From a virus (taxonomy: Duplodnaviria; Caudoviricetes): 24,775 nt of DNA. Both the position numbers and the translations under genes were made by a program. The stretch is taken from positions 1 through 24,775 of the IMG/VR virus record IMGVR_UViG_3300017705_000302; one strand, given 5' to 3'. The notes beneath the pieces were generated by a model. That model did no database searches. It was not told the origin of the DNA and saw nothing but the letters and a program-made list of their open reading frames with translations. Below, piece after piece: positions 15,798 through 24,775 of the stretch (within the stretch, counting starts at the first letter, position 1; each line of letters starts with the position of its first letter).

Positions 15798-18700
15798 ATG
15801 ACATTATTCACAGAAAAATCTCTCAACTTAATGCCTTCACAGGCTTTAACGGGGTTGAGTAATTCCTTAATTTTAAATAAAGGAGCTAAAGAAGTAGAGC
15901 TTTCAAGTAAGAGCGCCAAGATTTCAAAACTAGAAGGTGTGTCTCAATTAAGAACTCCTGTGGGTGGTCGCATAAATGTAAATAATGGGGCGAAAGAAGC
16001 TCAGACCCAACAAGAGTCCTTATCACTCCCTGCGCAGTCAACCGCTCAAGGTGCGTCTTTAATGAATGACCCTAGTACCAACCCGACGGGAGCACCCGTT
16101 TATGTTCCAGGTACTGTAGCCGAGGGCACCTCTTCTGACGATATTAGTGCGATGACATCTGAGATTAATTCCTATTTTGGTGAAACGACCCCAGCTGCGG
16201 GTCCCGCAACTTCCCCTAGAATAACGAAGTTGCAACTTAGAATAACAGATTTACAGCTAGAGATTGCGGAGATTGATGTTACTTTAGCGTTAATAGGTTC
16301 TATTTTAGAGGGGAGAGCAACAGGGAACTTACCTAACCCGGTCCTAAATTTGTCCGCCCTTGAAATAGAGGCTTTACCTCCGGGAGTCAGAGACAAAATA
16401 ACAACGGCTGTAGAAAATAATAATACTTTTGTACAAAAACAAATTATTGCTCCGTTTATTGAAAACCAAAAAATACTTGCATCCCTTCAAGCTCAGCTGT
16501 CAGCAACCCTTGGGGACTTATCTCCAGTATTTGATTTAGATTTTGGTCCCCCTATATCCACTAATGATAGGTTTGTGTTATCGCAAGACGGTCTTTATTA
16601 CAACTCCCGAACTACTGAAGTTCCTAATATAATTCCGAACGCTGTTTCGGCGAACATGTGGAATCTTCAGTACGACTCCAATAGAGGTGGTCGCGGCTTA
16701 TCCTTTACAGAAGAGGATGGGGAGAGTACTGTAGGAACTGTTTTTAATTTAAATACTGCCTTCCAAGAGGAGAACCCCAGAGTTAAAGAATTTTTTGTCT
16801 ATGACGATGTTCTCCAACAGTTTGAGGATGACAAAATGTCTCACATGACTGAGGTTTCTGGGTACATTAGTGAGATTTTAGATAATGGGTACGGCGCTAC
16901 AGACGCACTTGTTCAGTCTTATACTGCACAGTTAGGAGCCGTAGGCTCTGTTTATGACGGAAAGATAAAAAAGAGAAAGAGGCAACTAGCAATAGCAGCA
17001 GTTTTTGGTAGGGAGAGTTTCACCGTAACTAACAGACTACACCCTCTTGGCGAAGGACTCTTCTTTCAGTATGTACCTCCTCAAGGCAAAGCTTTTGAGT
17101 ACATGTTACAGTATAAAGACTTACCCCCGGAATTGAAAAGTCTAACTTTCTATACGTTAGAAGGTGGGCAAACTGTTCCTTTTAACACGGACACAAAACA
17201 AATAGAAAACCGCGAGGTACCTGGTAATATTTTAGCAAAAATTGGAACATGGAAAGAAATACCTAGAATCCCTATTAATGATTTTTCATACTTAAAGCAA
17301 TCCGATATCTCTTTAAACATGCAAAAAAATATAACTTTGTTTTCTGAGGACCTAAACACTGTTATCGCCCCTTATCAGGCAAGGTACGTTGTTGCTCCTA
17401 CTGATAAACCTATTAATTCTGTGGAATCATTAGCAGTCGACCCAATTGGTCTAGGCGACTGGACCCATAGACAAACCTCAGGCAGCTTGAGTGCCACTAC
17501 TCCCCTCTACAAATCTCTCACCGATGATATTGTGTCAAAGGATTTATTGATATGTTATAATTTCCTAGACCCTGACGCAGTAACACAGCCGTCTGGAACT
17601 ACCTACGCTTTAAATAATGCAGCTGAAGGCTCTACACGTCTTGACGCTAAATTAGTAGGATGGGATAAATCATTAGTATTTCCTTCGGGCGTGGGACAAG
17701 CTTACTTTGCAGGAACCATTTTCGATGAAAGAGCGTCTCAAAACCCTTTATGGTCTAATGTTTCTGGGTCTTACGCGAGACTTCCTAACTCTACAAGGGA
17801 CTACAGTTTACTCAGCCCTAACATCCCGAATAAGGGGGTTAGACCTTTAGATAATTTATTTTATAGTCAAGAGGGAGTAACTCTTGATTTTTGGGCTTAT
17901 GTACCTTATCTTCATAGAGATATGACGGATGACCACAGATATAAATTAGTCTTCGCTAATGAGAACAGTGGTCCCGTAGCATCAAATTATGTAGCAGCAA
18001 GCACACAATCAAAAACAGCAAATGGCTCTGGCGCTCTAACTGCGGGTGGAACCAATTTTGATAGAACTATTGGTATGATAATGGGTTGGAGAGACCAGGG
18101 GTCGCCCGACAATACGACAAGTGGGTCTTATGATTTTTACTCTAGCGGATTGGAGTTTTGTATTGCGCCTACGGTGGGTCAAAACCAATCCTATGCTACT
18201 ACCCCAACTACTTCGTGGGGGCATAGTGTATGTTTGGCAGAGAGATGGGAGACTTCTACAGATACCATTCCTGCTAACTTAAAGGAAACCACTCAAGTTG
18301 GAATGTTTATTCCAAGCTCAATCCTCACATCAAGCGGGTACGGAATTCAGGATGTTAGTTCTGGGTACCACCATATTAATGTATCTTTTGATTATAGCAA
18401 AGATAAAGTGGACTTCCATTTGGATGGGGAATTACTTACTACATCTTCCTTAACTGATGTGTTTGGAGGTTCTCCTAACGATACCGTACTTCCCACCCCC
18501 GTAAAAATGGAGCTTGCCAATCAAAGTGATGTTATCGCTTTCAATGACCCAACAACTGAGAGCTTCTTAGGAAATACGATTTACGATGAAAGATGTACTC
18601 CAGAGAGGGTATCTTTTCCAGTATTCACTCCTTGGATTATCGGCGGCGGATATACAGATAATATCCCCAAAGTACCAGGCACTAATTTTAGACCCCAAGG

Positions 18701-18992
18701 ATTTCTAGGAAGTAATACTAATAACTACCACCAACAGACTCAGAAAGGAGACTCTGTATCCTCAATCAACTGTGGTACTATGGGTGAGTACATTGTAGGT
18801 CAACACAACCCTCCCCTGTCAGGAGGGAAAGGAGGAACCGCTTCTGCTAGGCGAAATATCCCCCGCAGTGGCTTAGACGGGTTTATTGGGAGTTTTAAGA
18901 TTTACTCTCGACCTCTAAATACTTCTGAAGCTAAAGTAAACTACGACAGTCAAAAAGGATTCTTTCATAATATCCTTCTACCAAGCCCTTAA
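15798..18992 (+). CDS. Large structural protein with an N-terminal coiled coil and a C-terminal LamG/concanavalin A-like domain
   Basis: Heptad RITKLQLRITDLQLEIAEID. LamG-like motifs LLICYNF, TLDFW, YHHINVSFD, FHLDGEL and LDGFIGSFKIYSRPL..SE...NY. Confidence 0.7.
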   Translation: MTLFTEKSLNLMPSQALTGLSNSLILNKGAKEVELSSKSAKISKLEGVSQLRTPVGGRINVNNGAKEAQTQQESLSLPAQSTAQGASLMNDPSTNPTGAPVYVPGTVAEGTSSDDISAMTSEINSYFGETTPAAGPATSPRITKLQLRITDLQLEIAEIDVTLALIGSILEGRATGNLPNPVLNLSALEIEALPPGVRDKITTAVENNNTFVQKQIIAPFIENQKILASLQAQLSATLGDLSPVFDLDFGPPISTNDRFVLSQDGLYYNSRTTEVPNIIPNAVSANMWNLQYDSNRGGRGLSFTEEDGESTVGTVFNLNTAFQEENPRVKEFFVYDDVLQQFEDDKMSHMTEVSGYISEILDNGYGATDALVQSYTAQLGAVGSVYDGKIKKRKRQLAIAAVFGRESFTVTNRLHPLGEGLFFQYVPPQGKAFEYMLQYKDLPPELKSLTFYTLEGGQTVPFNTDTKQIENREVPGNILAKIGTWKEIPRIPINDFSYLKQSDISLNMQKNITLFSEDLNTVIAPYQARYVVAPTDKPINSVESLAVDPIGLGDWTHRQTSGSLSATTPLYKSLTDDIVSKDLLICYNFLDPDAVTQPSGTTYALNNAAEGSTRLDAKLVGWDKSLVFPSGVGQAYFAGTIFDERASQNPLWSNVSGSYARLPNSTRDYSLLSPNIPNKGVRPLDNLFYSQEGVTLDFWAYVPYLHRDMTDDHRYKLVFANENSGPVASNYVAASTQSKTANGSGALTAGGTNFDRTIGMIMGWRDQGSPDNTTSGSYDFYSSGLEFCIAPTVGQNQSYATTPTTSWGHSVCLAERWETSTDTIPANLKETTQVGMFIPSSILTSSGYGIQDVSSGYHHINVSFDYSKDKVDFHLDGELLTTSSLTDVFGGSPNDTVLPTPVKMELANQSDVIAFNDPTTESFLGNTIYDERCTPERVSFPVFTPWIIGGGYTDNIPKVPGTNFRPQGFLGSNTNNYHQQTQKGDSVSSINCGTMGEYIVGQHNPPLSGGKGGTASARRNIPRSGLDGFIGSFKIYSRPLNTSEAKVNYDSQKGFFHNILLPSP

Positions 18993-18994
18993 TT

Positions 18995-19405
18995 ATGTCT
19001 AACTTCGATTTAACTTACATAAAAACTCCTGCCGCAAATAACATTTTGGGCGTAGCTTTTCCTATGATGAGGGAAGGTGTTGGAGGGTATATCTCCCAGA
19101 ACCACAACTTAAGGTCTTTAAGAGACTGCGTTATACAATTGATTATGACAGGACGAGGCGCTAGAGTTATGAGACCAGATTTTGGAACTGATTTACGGAC
19201 TTCTGTATTTGAGAATTTGACTCAGGATTTGGTCGATTCTTTAAGAGCGCAGATTCTAGAAACGATTTCTAAGTACGAACCTAGAGTTATTGTTAAAAGG
19301 ATAAACTTAACTCCTAACTATGAAACTCATACTCTAAAGGTAGAACTTTACATTACATCGAAAGATGATTTACTAAATGGAGAACTCGTGGAGGTTCTCG
19401 TATAA
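18995..19405 (+). CDS. gp25: Baseplate wedge / sheath initiator gp25 (GPW/gp25 family)
   Basis: LIMT.RG.RVMRPDFGTDL...FE and I.KYEPRV.V. Confidence 0.95.
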   Translation: MSNFDLTYIKTPAANNILGVAFPMMREGVGGYISQNHNLRSLRDCVIQLIMTGRGARVMRPDFGTDLRTSVFENLTQDLVDSLRAQILETISKYEPRVIVKRINLTPNYETHTLKVELYITSKDDLLNGELVEVLV

Positions 19406-19407
19406 TT

Positions 19408-21051
19408 ATGCCAACTAACACCGATTATTCTCGCTATTTCCAAGGTCTGTATAATATCTCAGGCTTTGACGGAACCATTGAGTCCGACTTTTTAAAATTA
19501 GGACAGGTCCCTGACGACAGAAAGGCTGACCTTATCGATTATAACATCAATGGGTTTGACCAGTACCGCACAGCTTTACAGGATTATTTAAAATCCGTAT
19601 ACCCACTGGACTACAATAACTTCGCAGCCTCAGACTTAGGTCAGATGTTGTTAGAGATGTTTGCTTATATGTCCTCCGTCCTTGCTCTACGTGCTGATAT
19701 GACAGCTAATGAAATGTATATTGACACTGTAAAAAATGAAGATAATTTAAAAAGACTTTTGGAACTTATTGGAGTGAGTATGAAAGGTCCGACGGCATCT
19801 AAAGCGACTGGGTTACTAACATACCCGGACAGCCCAGCGCCCGCCGACCCTATTGTTATTAATAAGAATGACCGTAGTATTCAAGTTGTTAATCAACGAA
19901 GTAATACTCCATTATCTTACACAGTAACCAAACAACTACCGGACGGAACTTTAGATTTGTTTTCTGAGGATTTATCCTTAACTAAAGCAGAGGATTTTAA
20001 TGGGAAAGTAGCTAGCAGTTTAGTTTTGGTGGAAGGACACTTCAATACCGCTCAAGGAACATTCCGGGGAGGAGCTAAAACACGCCAAACCTTTGAGATT
20101 ACTAACGGACCTGTTATCGAAGGAAGTATTGGGGTATCCTCTAATGAAGGGGGTGTTGGCGCTACGGGAGGAACTTTGTATAACGAGATTACTAATTTGT
20201 TTTTAGCGTCGGGAGGTTCTACTCCTGTATTCCAAAAAACTTATACAGGAGGATTTGGGTGTATCCTAACTTTTGGCGATGGGGTAAGAGGACGGCTTCC
20301 GCGCCCGGGCGCTGATTTTGTAGTTACTTACCGTACAGGAGGAGGAGGTAACGGAAATATAGCTCGGAAAACTTTAAACACTTCCATCCGTTGCTTGAAT
20401 GCGGGGACCACCCCCGTCGACGCAACTATAACCAACACAACGAAAGGCTCTGGAGGAAACCCTCCTGAGTCCGTCGCTCACGCGAAACGATACGCGCCGT
20501 ACTTCTTCAGAACTCAGTACCGGGCAGTTACGGGAGAAGACTATAATGTTCTAGCTAATTCTTTTGTAGGAACAGGTGGAACTACGGCTAAAGCTATGGC
20601 ATCTCTCAGGACGAATGGAGCAGCCGCAAATATAATTGATTTGTTTGTGTTGTCCAAAGCCTCGGAAACTCAGTTAGAACGAGCCTCGGTAGCAATGAAA
20701 AAAGAATTATTGGATTATTTCCAGAATTACAAAATGTTAACCGATGATATTGTGATTTCTGACGGAGTAGTACGAACTCTAGATTTAGTAGCCACTCTAT
20801 TCATCGATAAATCCAATAAAAGATTTATTGATGCGATTCAACAGAAAGCAGCTGATAAACTTCTTGAATATTTTAACGTCGATAACTTAGCGTTTGGACA
20901 AAAGGTAAGTATGGCGGACGTTAACAACTTCATGTTAACGGTCCCTGAGATTAGATTCTTCCAAGTGAATAATCTACCGGACGAGGTATATGTGAATTTT
21001 AACGAGATTGTTCAATTGAATAACTTTGAATTGAGTACGGAGCTTGTGTAA
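19408..21051 (+). CDS. gp6: Baseplate wedge protein gp6 (baseplate J-like)
   Basis: DYNNF..SDLG.MLLE..AY, NEMYIDT, LTFGDG..G..P, YRTGGG..GN and ES....K..AP..F.TQ.RAVT..DY. Confidence 0.92.
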   Translation: MPTNTDYSRYFQGLYNISGFDGTIESDFLKLGQVPDDRKADLIDYNINGFDQYRTALQDYLKSVYPLDYNNFAASDLGQMLLEMFAYMSSVLALRADMTANEMYIDTVKNEDNLKRLLELIGVSMKGPTASKATGLLTYPDSPAPADPIVINKNDRSIQVVNQRSNTPLSYTVTKQLPDGTLDLFSEDLSLTKAEDFNGKVASSLVLVEGHFNTAQGTFRGGAKTRQTFEITNGPVIEGSIGVSSNEGGVGATGGTLYNEITNLFLASGGSTPVFQKTYTGGFGCILTFGDGVRGRLPRPGADFVVTYRTGGGGNGNIARKTLNTSIRCLNAGTTPVDATITNTTKGSGGNPPESVAHAKRYAPYFFRTQYRAVTGEDYNVLANSFVGTGGTTAKAMASLRTNGAAANIIDLFVLSKASETQLERASVAMKKELLDYFQNYKMLTDDIVISDGVVRTLDLVATLFIDKSNKRFIDAIQQKAADKLLEYFNVDNLAFGQKVSMADVNNFMLTVPEIRFFQVNNLPDEVYVNFNEIVQLNNFELSTELV

Positions 21052-21053
21052 CC

Positions 21054-24000
21054 ATGACGATGTCGGATAAAGGTGCAGGACAACAACATTTTAAGTCTAA
21101 TTATATTGAAGTAATCAGACGTATTGTTCCTGAATATTATGAATCGACTGAATATAATTTATTCGGGTCGGAAGAGGATTTGCAATACAGGGTTCTCGGT
21201 TCTATTCTTTATCTTGCTAATAATGTTTCTAGTTTGATTGGAGCTCCAACAACTTACAATCTCCAAGTATCCTCCTTTAGTGGTAATGAATCCTATGTCC
21301 CTTATTTTGTACCTTACAATAACCTTACCAATGTAAGTCCAACCACTTACGAGGATTATGTTTTAAGACCTTTAGGGAGAACCTTTGGGAGTTTTACAAA
21401 CAAAGAGCAATTTTCTAATTTTCTTTTAACGTCGGCGCTTCCGCACACGGAGTTCAATCGTGTAAGTGACACATTCGCTCAAGCATTTAGCAGCACGGTA
21501 GACCCTAATATCACAACCGTCTCTGCTGTATCCAACACTTTAATTGATAAGCTTGGTTGGGTGTATTTTCAAAACACGTCTGGAACTGTAGTCGATTCTA
21601 ATTCAGTAGCTGTAAGTTCTTTCTTGTATAGTTCCATAATGGATAATTTATATTATGGAAAGAGAATCCACACTTCTGACGGTGTACGTAATTTATTTAA
21701 GTGGATGTACACTAATACTAAAGGGGATTCTGCAAAATGGTCTACTGTACGAGAAAACTTTGTTCCAGTTCCTTTTAGTAGCCCGTCGTCTACATACGCC
21801 CCTTCTCCAGGGCAGCAAGGTAATTTTTACGCCTCCGGAGGACAGCTTGTAAGCGCGTTAGACACGCTTGTGAATGTATGGGTAAATGAAGACGACCCGA
21901 ACTCGTTATACTTCAGAGACATCGTAAACGCGTCTCTCCTGGGACTTGACGTGACCAGGATGGAGAACGTTGGTCCTATGGGTAAGATGCTTAAGGCACT
22001 TGCGTATGGATTTTATGATGTTCAAACTTCCATTAGGGATATTCAATATTTGTTGGACATTGAGCAATGTCCGGAAGAATTTTTACAATACCTAGGAAGA
22101 TATTTAGGATGGACCTTTTTCTCAGATGACCCAGACAAATGGCGTGACCAATTAAAACAAGCTATTTATCTTTATAAAGCAAAAGGAACGAGACAGGCAC
22201 TCTCGAATGCAGTAGGGATGGTTATCCCTTCTTCTATATACACCCCCACTGCTGCTGTCTCCGGGCTTCAAGAACTGTGGGAGTCTTACGTTCCAAATCT
22301 TCTATATTATACCCTTAAAACTGAAACAGACCTAGGAAAGAGTAAGAAGAAGTACCTCCAATTTAGAAAAGGATGGACGGACTCTCTAGCGGCGTCCGGA
22401 ATTCCTATAGCGGTAACTAATTACGACTCACAAAATCTGGATAATAATGTACGTTTTGCAGTTGACGCCATTTTGGAATTACTAAACTACCAGTATGGCT
22501 ATTTAGATATTGGGGGAATTCCATATAAAGAAACAGCTTTCTGGAAACAGCAACTCTCCCGCGGGAGTAGACCAGGCTATACTTATAGGGATGCTACTCT
22601 CCAAATACCTCCATGGGAGGAGAGTAGATTTTATCAAAACTGTGGTATAGGTCCAAACATGGACGATTTTATCCGCAGTGTTTCATCTATCTTATCACGA
22701 ACATTTGACCAAGCGGGGTGTGGGGTATCCTCCACGGCTGCCAATAGTGTAACTAAATATATTTCTAGCTCTGTTTCTATAAAACAAGCAGACGGTATAA
22801 ACGAGCCTGGCTGGGGAGCTAATAACTCATTCAAATTTATGACCTCCTCTTTACAACTTCCGTTTAATTACGAAAGTGTTATTAAGAACGGGGATTTAGA
22901 TAGTATGAGTGTGTTTGATTTTTGGAACTCAAAATCTTCCGAAGTCCATTCAAAGTTCCACGCATCCTCTATCGATTTCTCTTCTAATGATTTTACAAAC
23001 TTAGCCAAGACGAAGATAGGACGTAAAGGAATCCCTACAATCGTCGATGTCTTCCGACAGTTCGCACCTTTCCATACTTTAAACAAGATATATGTAGGCT
23101 CTGGAACCGAGGATTTGTATTATAGAACACGACAAGATGGAGAGGGCAATCCGGGCGTTGCATGGTCGGGAATATTCGACTTAGAAGTAGTTAATACCAT
23201 TCAATCCGACATGGACCAACTCCATAGCTCGTATACCGCGTCCGCCTTCCCCGGAGCATGGGCAGCTGGGGGCTCCTTCAGTGGTGTGGGTGTATTTCCC
23301 AGTATTTGGGACCCACAAAACGGAAGGTACCTCCCATCGGCAACTTTGCACGGAACTAAAGGAACCAGTCCTCAGGGATATTTCTGGAGTGGTGGCGGAT
23401 ATGAAGATGACTTAGGGCTTAAACAACTTATCGCAAGAAGAACCGCCGGCAGAAGAAAAGATTTAAAATATAAATTTACTGGCTGGTCACAAAATAGACA
23501 AGGTCTTAACCAACCAATTAATACAGATTGGTTTGGGATGAGCGGAGGCGCCCTCCAACCTGTTCTTAAAAGAAGAGGATTAAACCTTCCTGGTTTTGTC
23601 CCCAAAGGGTTTAATTTCTCTTCACAAAGTTTTGTAGACACAAGCGGAAGTTTATCCTCAGTTTACTCATACTATAACACCTCTGCTACACCGTTCTTCG
23701 AGTTCTACGCATCATCCTTCTTCCCTGCGCGAGCTATCCCCGACTTCGAACCAAATGCTTCTAGCTTTAATCAGTTAAGGGATGTTTTTGGCTCTCAGAT
23801 TCTGCGAGCTATGACTAACATCTTTATAAAACGCGGAAGAAAGGATTCTAGATGGTACCGATTCACGGACCAAGGTTTTGAGAACTTTAAATTTGGAACC
23901 GGGGTACAACAACTTTACTCGGACTACAACCGCACATTTAGGAGACAACTTCAGTGTTGGATAAACCAGGAAACTCAAGTAGATGGAGATAGATACGCGG

Positions 24001-24775
24001 GAGGATTTAATATCTTAGCCCACGTCTTTGGTCCTCTTCTATTCAACCATAACTTTTCTATTAAGGGAAAAATACAAGGGGACTTAGGCTCTAAATCTTT
24101 CCCTGGAATCTATGGCGGCGCCATTTCCTCTCTTAATCCAGATTGGAGTGGGGTTGCAGCTACTCCTGCCGTAACGGAAAACAATATCTACCTTAATACT
24201 TTAGGGGGCACTGTAAACCTTACCAACGGAATTTTAGAGGCGGGTGCTTATGGAACATACGAAAATACATTAGATGTATTTGAACACCCGACTGAACTTT
24301 ACCAATCAAACCGAACTATTCTTTCGGGAATAGATTTTGTGGCTCCTCGGGTTAATTCGTTCGCGGTATGGAACAACCCTTCTAACCCGTCTTATAATAT
24401 TGATTCAATCTCCTCAAGTGGAATCACTATGGTGCAACGCCATGGAACAAATAATCCTTTCCAAACTGTTCGTGCACGATTTACTCTAGACGGAAATATG
24501 AATTACTCTTATAACGGAAACTTAAAGTTTCCTCCAAGAAATCTAGAAGCTAGGCGAAGTAAATCCCTCTCCGCAATCGCTGGGTGGCAGTTGCAAGAAG
24601 CAACCCGGACCCCTAACATTAATTCCGCAGGATACAGGACCAACATCTTCAACCCTCAATGCCACTTGGTCAATACAGCAGGGAGTGCAATACCCTACGT
24701 TCAAATGCAAGGAGTAGGTGGTTACTCAGGTACTGGCGTCGTAGGCGTTATGTCTGGTGTGCTAGGAACATCGCA
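21054..24775 (+). CDS. Very large gp7 / P2 gpI-like baseplate wedge protein (>1240 aa, runs off the window end)
   Basis: Manual translation from ATG 21054 (MTMSDKGAGQQHFKSNYIEVIRRIVPEYY...) shows no stop before the window end. It contains LLDIEQCPEEFLQYLGRYLGW...WRDQLKQAIYLYKAKGT and a later F.PFH motif, typical of gpI/gp7 family proteins. It follows gp6. Confidence 0.85.
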   Translation, partial: MTMSDKGAGQQHFKSNYIEVIRRIVPEYYESTEYNLFGSEEDLQYRVLGSILYLANNVSSLIGAPTTYNLQVSSFSGNESYVPYFVPYNNLTNVSPTTYEDYVLRPLGRTFGSFTNKEQFSNFLLTSALPHTEFNRVSDTFAQAFSSTVDPNITTVSAVSNTLIDKLGWVYFQNTSGTVVDSNSVAVSSFLYSSIMDNLYYGKRIHTSDGVRNLFKWMYTNTKGDSAKWSTVRENFVPVPFSSPSSTYAPSPGQQGNFYASGGQLVSALDTLVNVWVNEDDPNSLYFRDIVNASLLGLDVTRMENVGPMGKMLKALAYGFYDVQTSIRDIQYLLDIEQCPEEFLQYLGRYLGWTFFSDDPDKWRDQLKQAIYLYKAKGTRQALSNAVGMVIPSSIYTPTAAVSGLQELWESYVPNLLYYTLKTETDLGKSKKKYLQFRKGWTDSLAASGIPIAVTNYDSQNLDNNVRFAVDAILELLNYQYGYLDIGGIPYKETAFWKQQLSRGSRPGYTYRDATLQIPPWEESRFYQNCGIGPNMDDFIRSVSSILSRTFDQAGCGVSSTAANSVTKYISSSVSIKQADGINEPGWGANNSFKFMTSSLQLPFNYESVIKNGDLDSMSVFDFWNSKSSEVHSKFHASSIDFSSNDFTNLAKTKIGRKGIPTIVDVFRQFAPFHTLNKIYVGSGTEDLYYRTRQDGEGNPGVAWSGIFDLEVVNTIQSDMDQLHSSYTASAFPGAWAAGGSFSGVGVFPSIWDPQNGRYLPSATLHGTKGTSPQGYFWSGGGYEDDLGLKQLIARRTAGRRKDLKYKFTGWSQNRQGLNQPINTDWFGMSGGALQPVLKRRGLNLPGFVPKGFNFSSQSFVDTSGSLSSVYSYYNTSATPFFEFYASSFFPARAIPDFEPNASSFNQLRDVFGSQILRAMTNIFIKRGRKDSRWYRFTDQGFENFKFGTGVQQLYSDYNRTFRRQLQCWINQETQVDGDRYAGGFNILAHVFGPLLFNHNFSIKGKIQGDLGSKSFPGIYGGAISSLNPDWSGVAATPAVTENNIYLNTLGGTVNLTNGILEAGAYGTYENTLDVFEHPTELYQSNRTILSGIDFVAPRVNSFAVWNNPSNPSYNIDSISSSGITMVQRHGTNNPFQTVRARFTLDGNMNYSYNGNLKFPPRNLEARRSKSLSAIAGWQLQEATRTPNINSAGYRTNIFNPQCHLVNTAGSAIPYVQMQGVGGYSGTGVVGVMSGVLGTS

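Noticed and set aside
6653-24775. Bacterial eCIS, tailocin or T6SS locus instead of a phage
   Set aside because: The adjacent UvsW, primase, gp2-like and gp26-like genes, the dense packing and the restriction-site avoidance fit a lytic phage genome. No T6SS membrane complex or eCIS ATPase genes are present.
1-24775. tRNA, rRNA, introns, inteins, homing endonucleases or intrinsic terminators
   Set aside because: Almost all sequence is coding, with gaps under 90 bp. I saw no cloverleaf, splice or intein motif, and no GC hairpin followed by a U-tract.

Overview
This window is part of a large, contractile-tailed (myovirus-type) dsDNA phage genome with T4-like and contractile-injection-system-like tail genes. 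The left ~6.6 kb interleaves minus-strand replication/recombination genes (UvsW-like SF2 helicase, TOPRIM primase) and a plus-strand Cas4/RecB-like nuclease with plus-strand tail genes (gp26-like chaperone, gp2-like DNA end protector). From 6653 to the end is a tightly coupled baseplate operon: tape measure, tube initiator, gp53/LysM, oversized hub, gp5/gpV spike, two unknown proteins (one LamG-like), gp25, gp6 and a >1240-aa gp7/gpI-like ORF that the ORF track missed. The strongest new signal is a probable programmed -1 ribosomal frameshift: an in-phase T-TTT-TTC heptamer followed by a hairpin or pseudoknot, joining the gp26-like gene to a start-less gp51-like frame. Other signals are the apparent absence of GATC, a single GGCC that the protein sequence forces, a palindromic bidirectional -10 promoter with probable leaderless replication genes, and Shine-Dalgarno-free TAA-NN-ATG gene junctions. 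All family calls come from motif recognition by eye, not from database searches.
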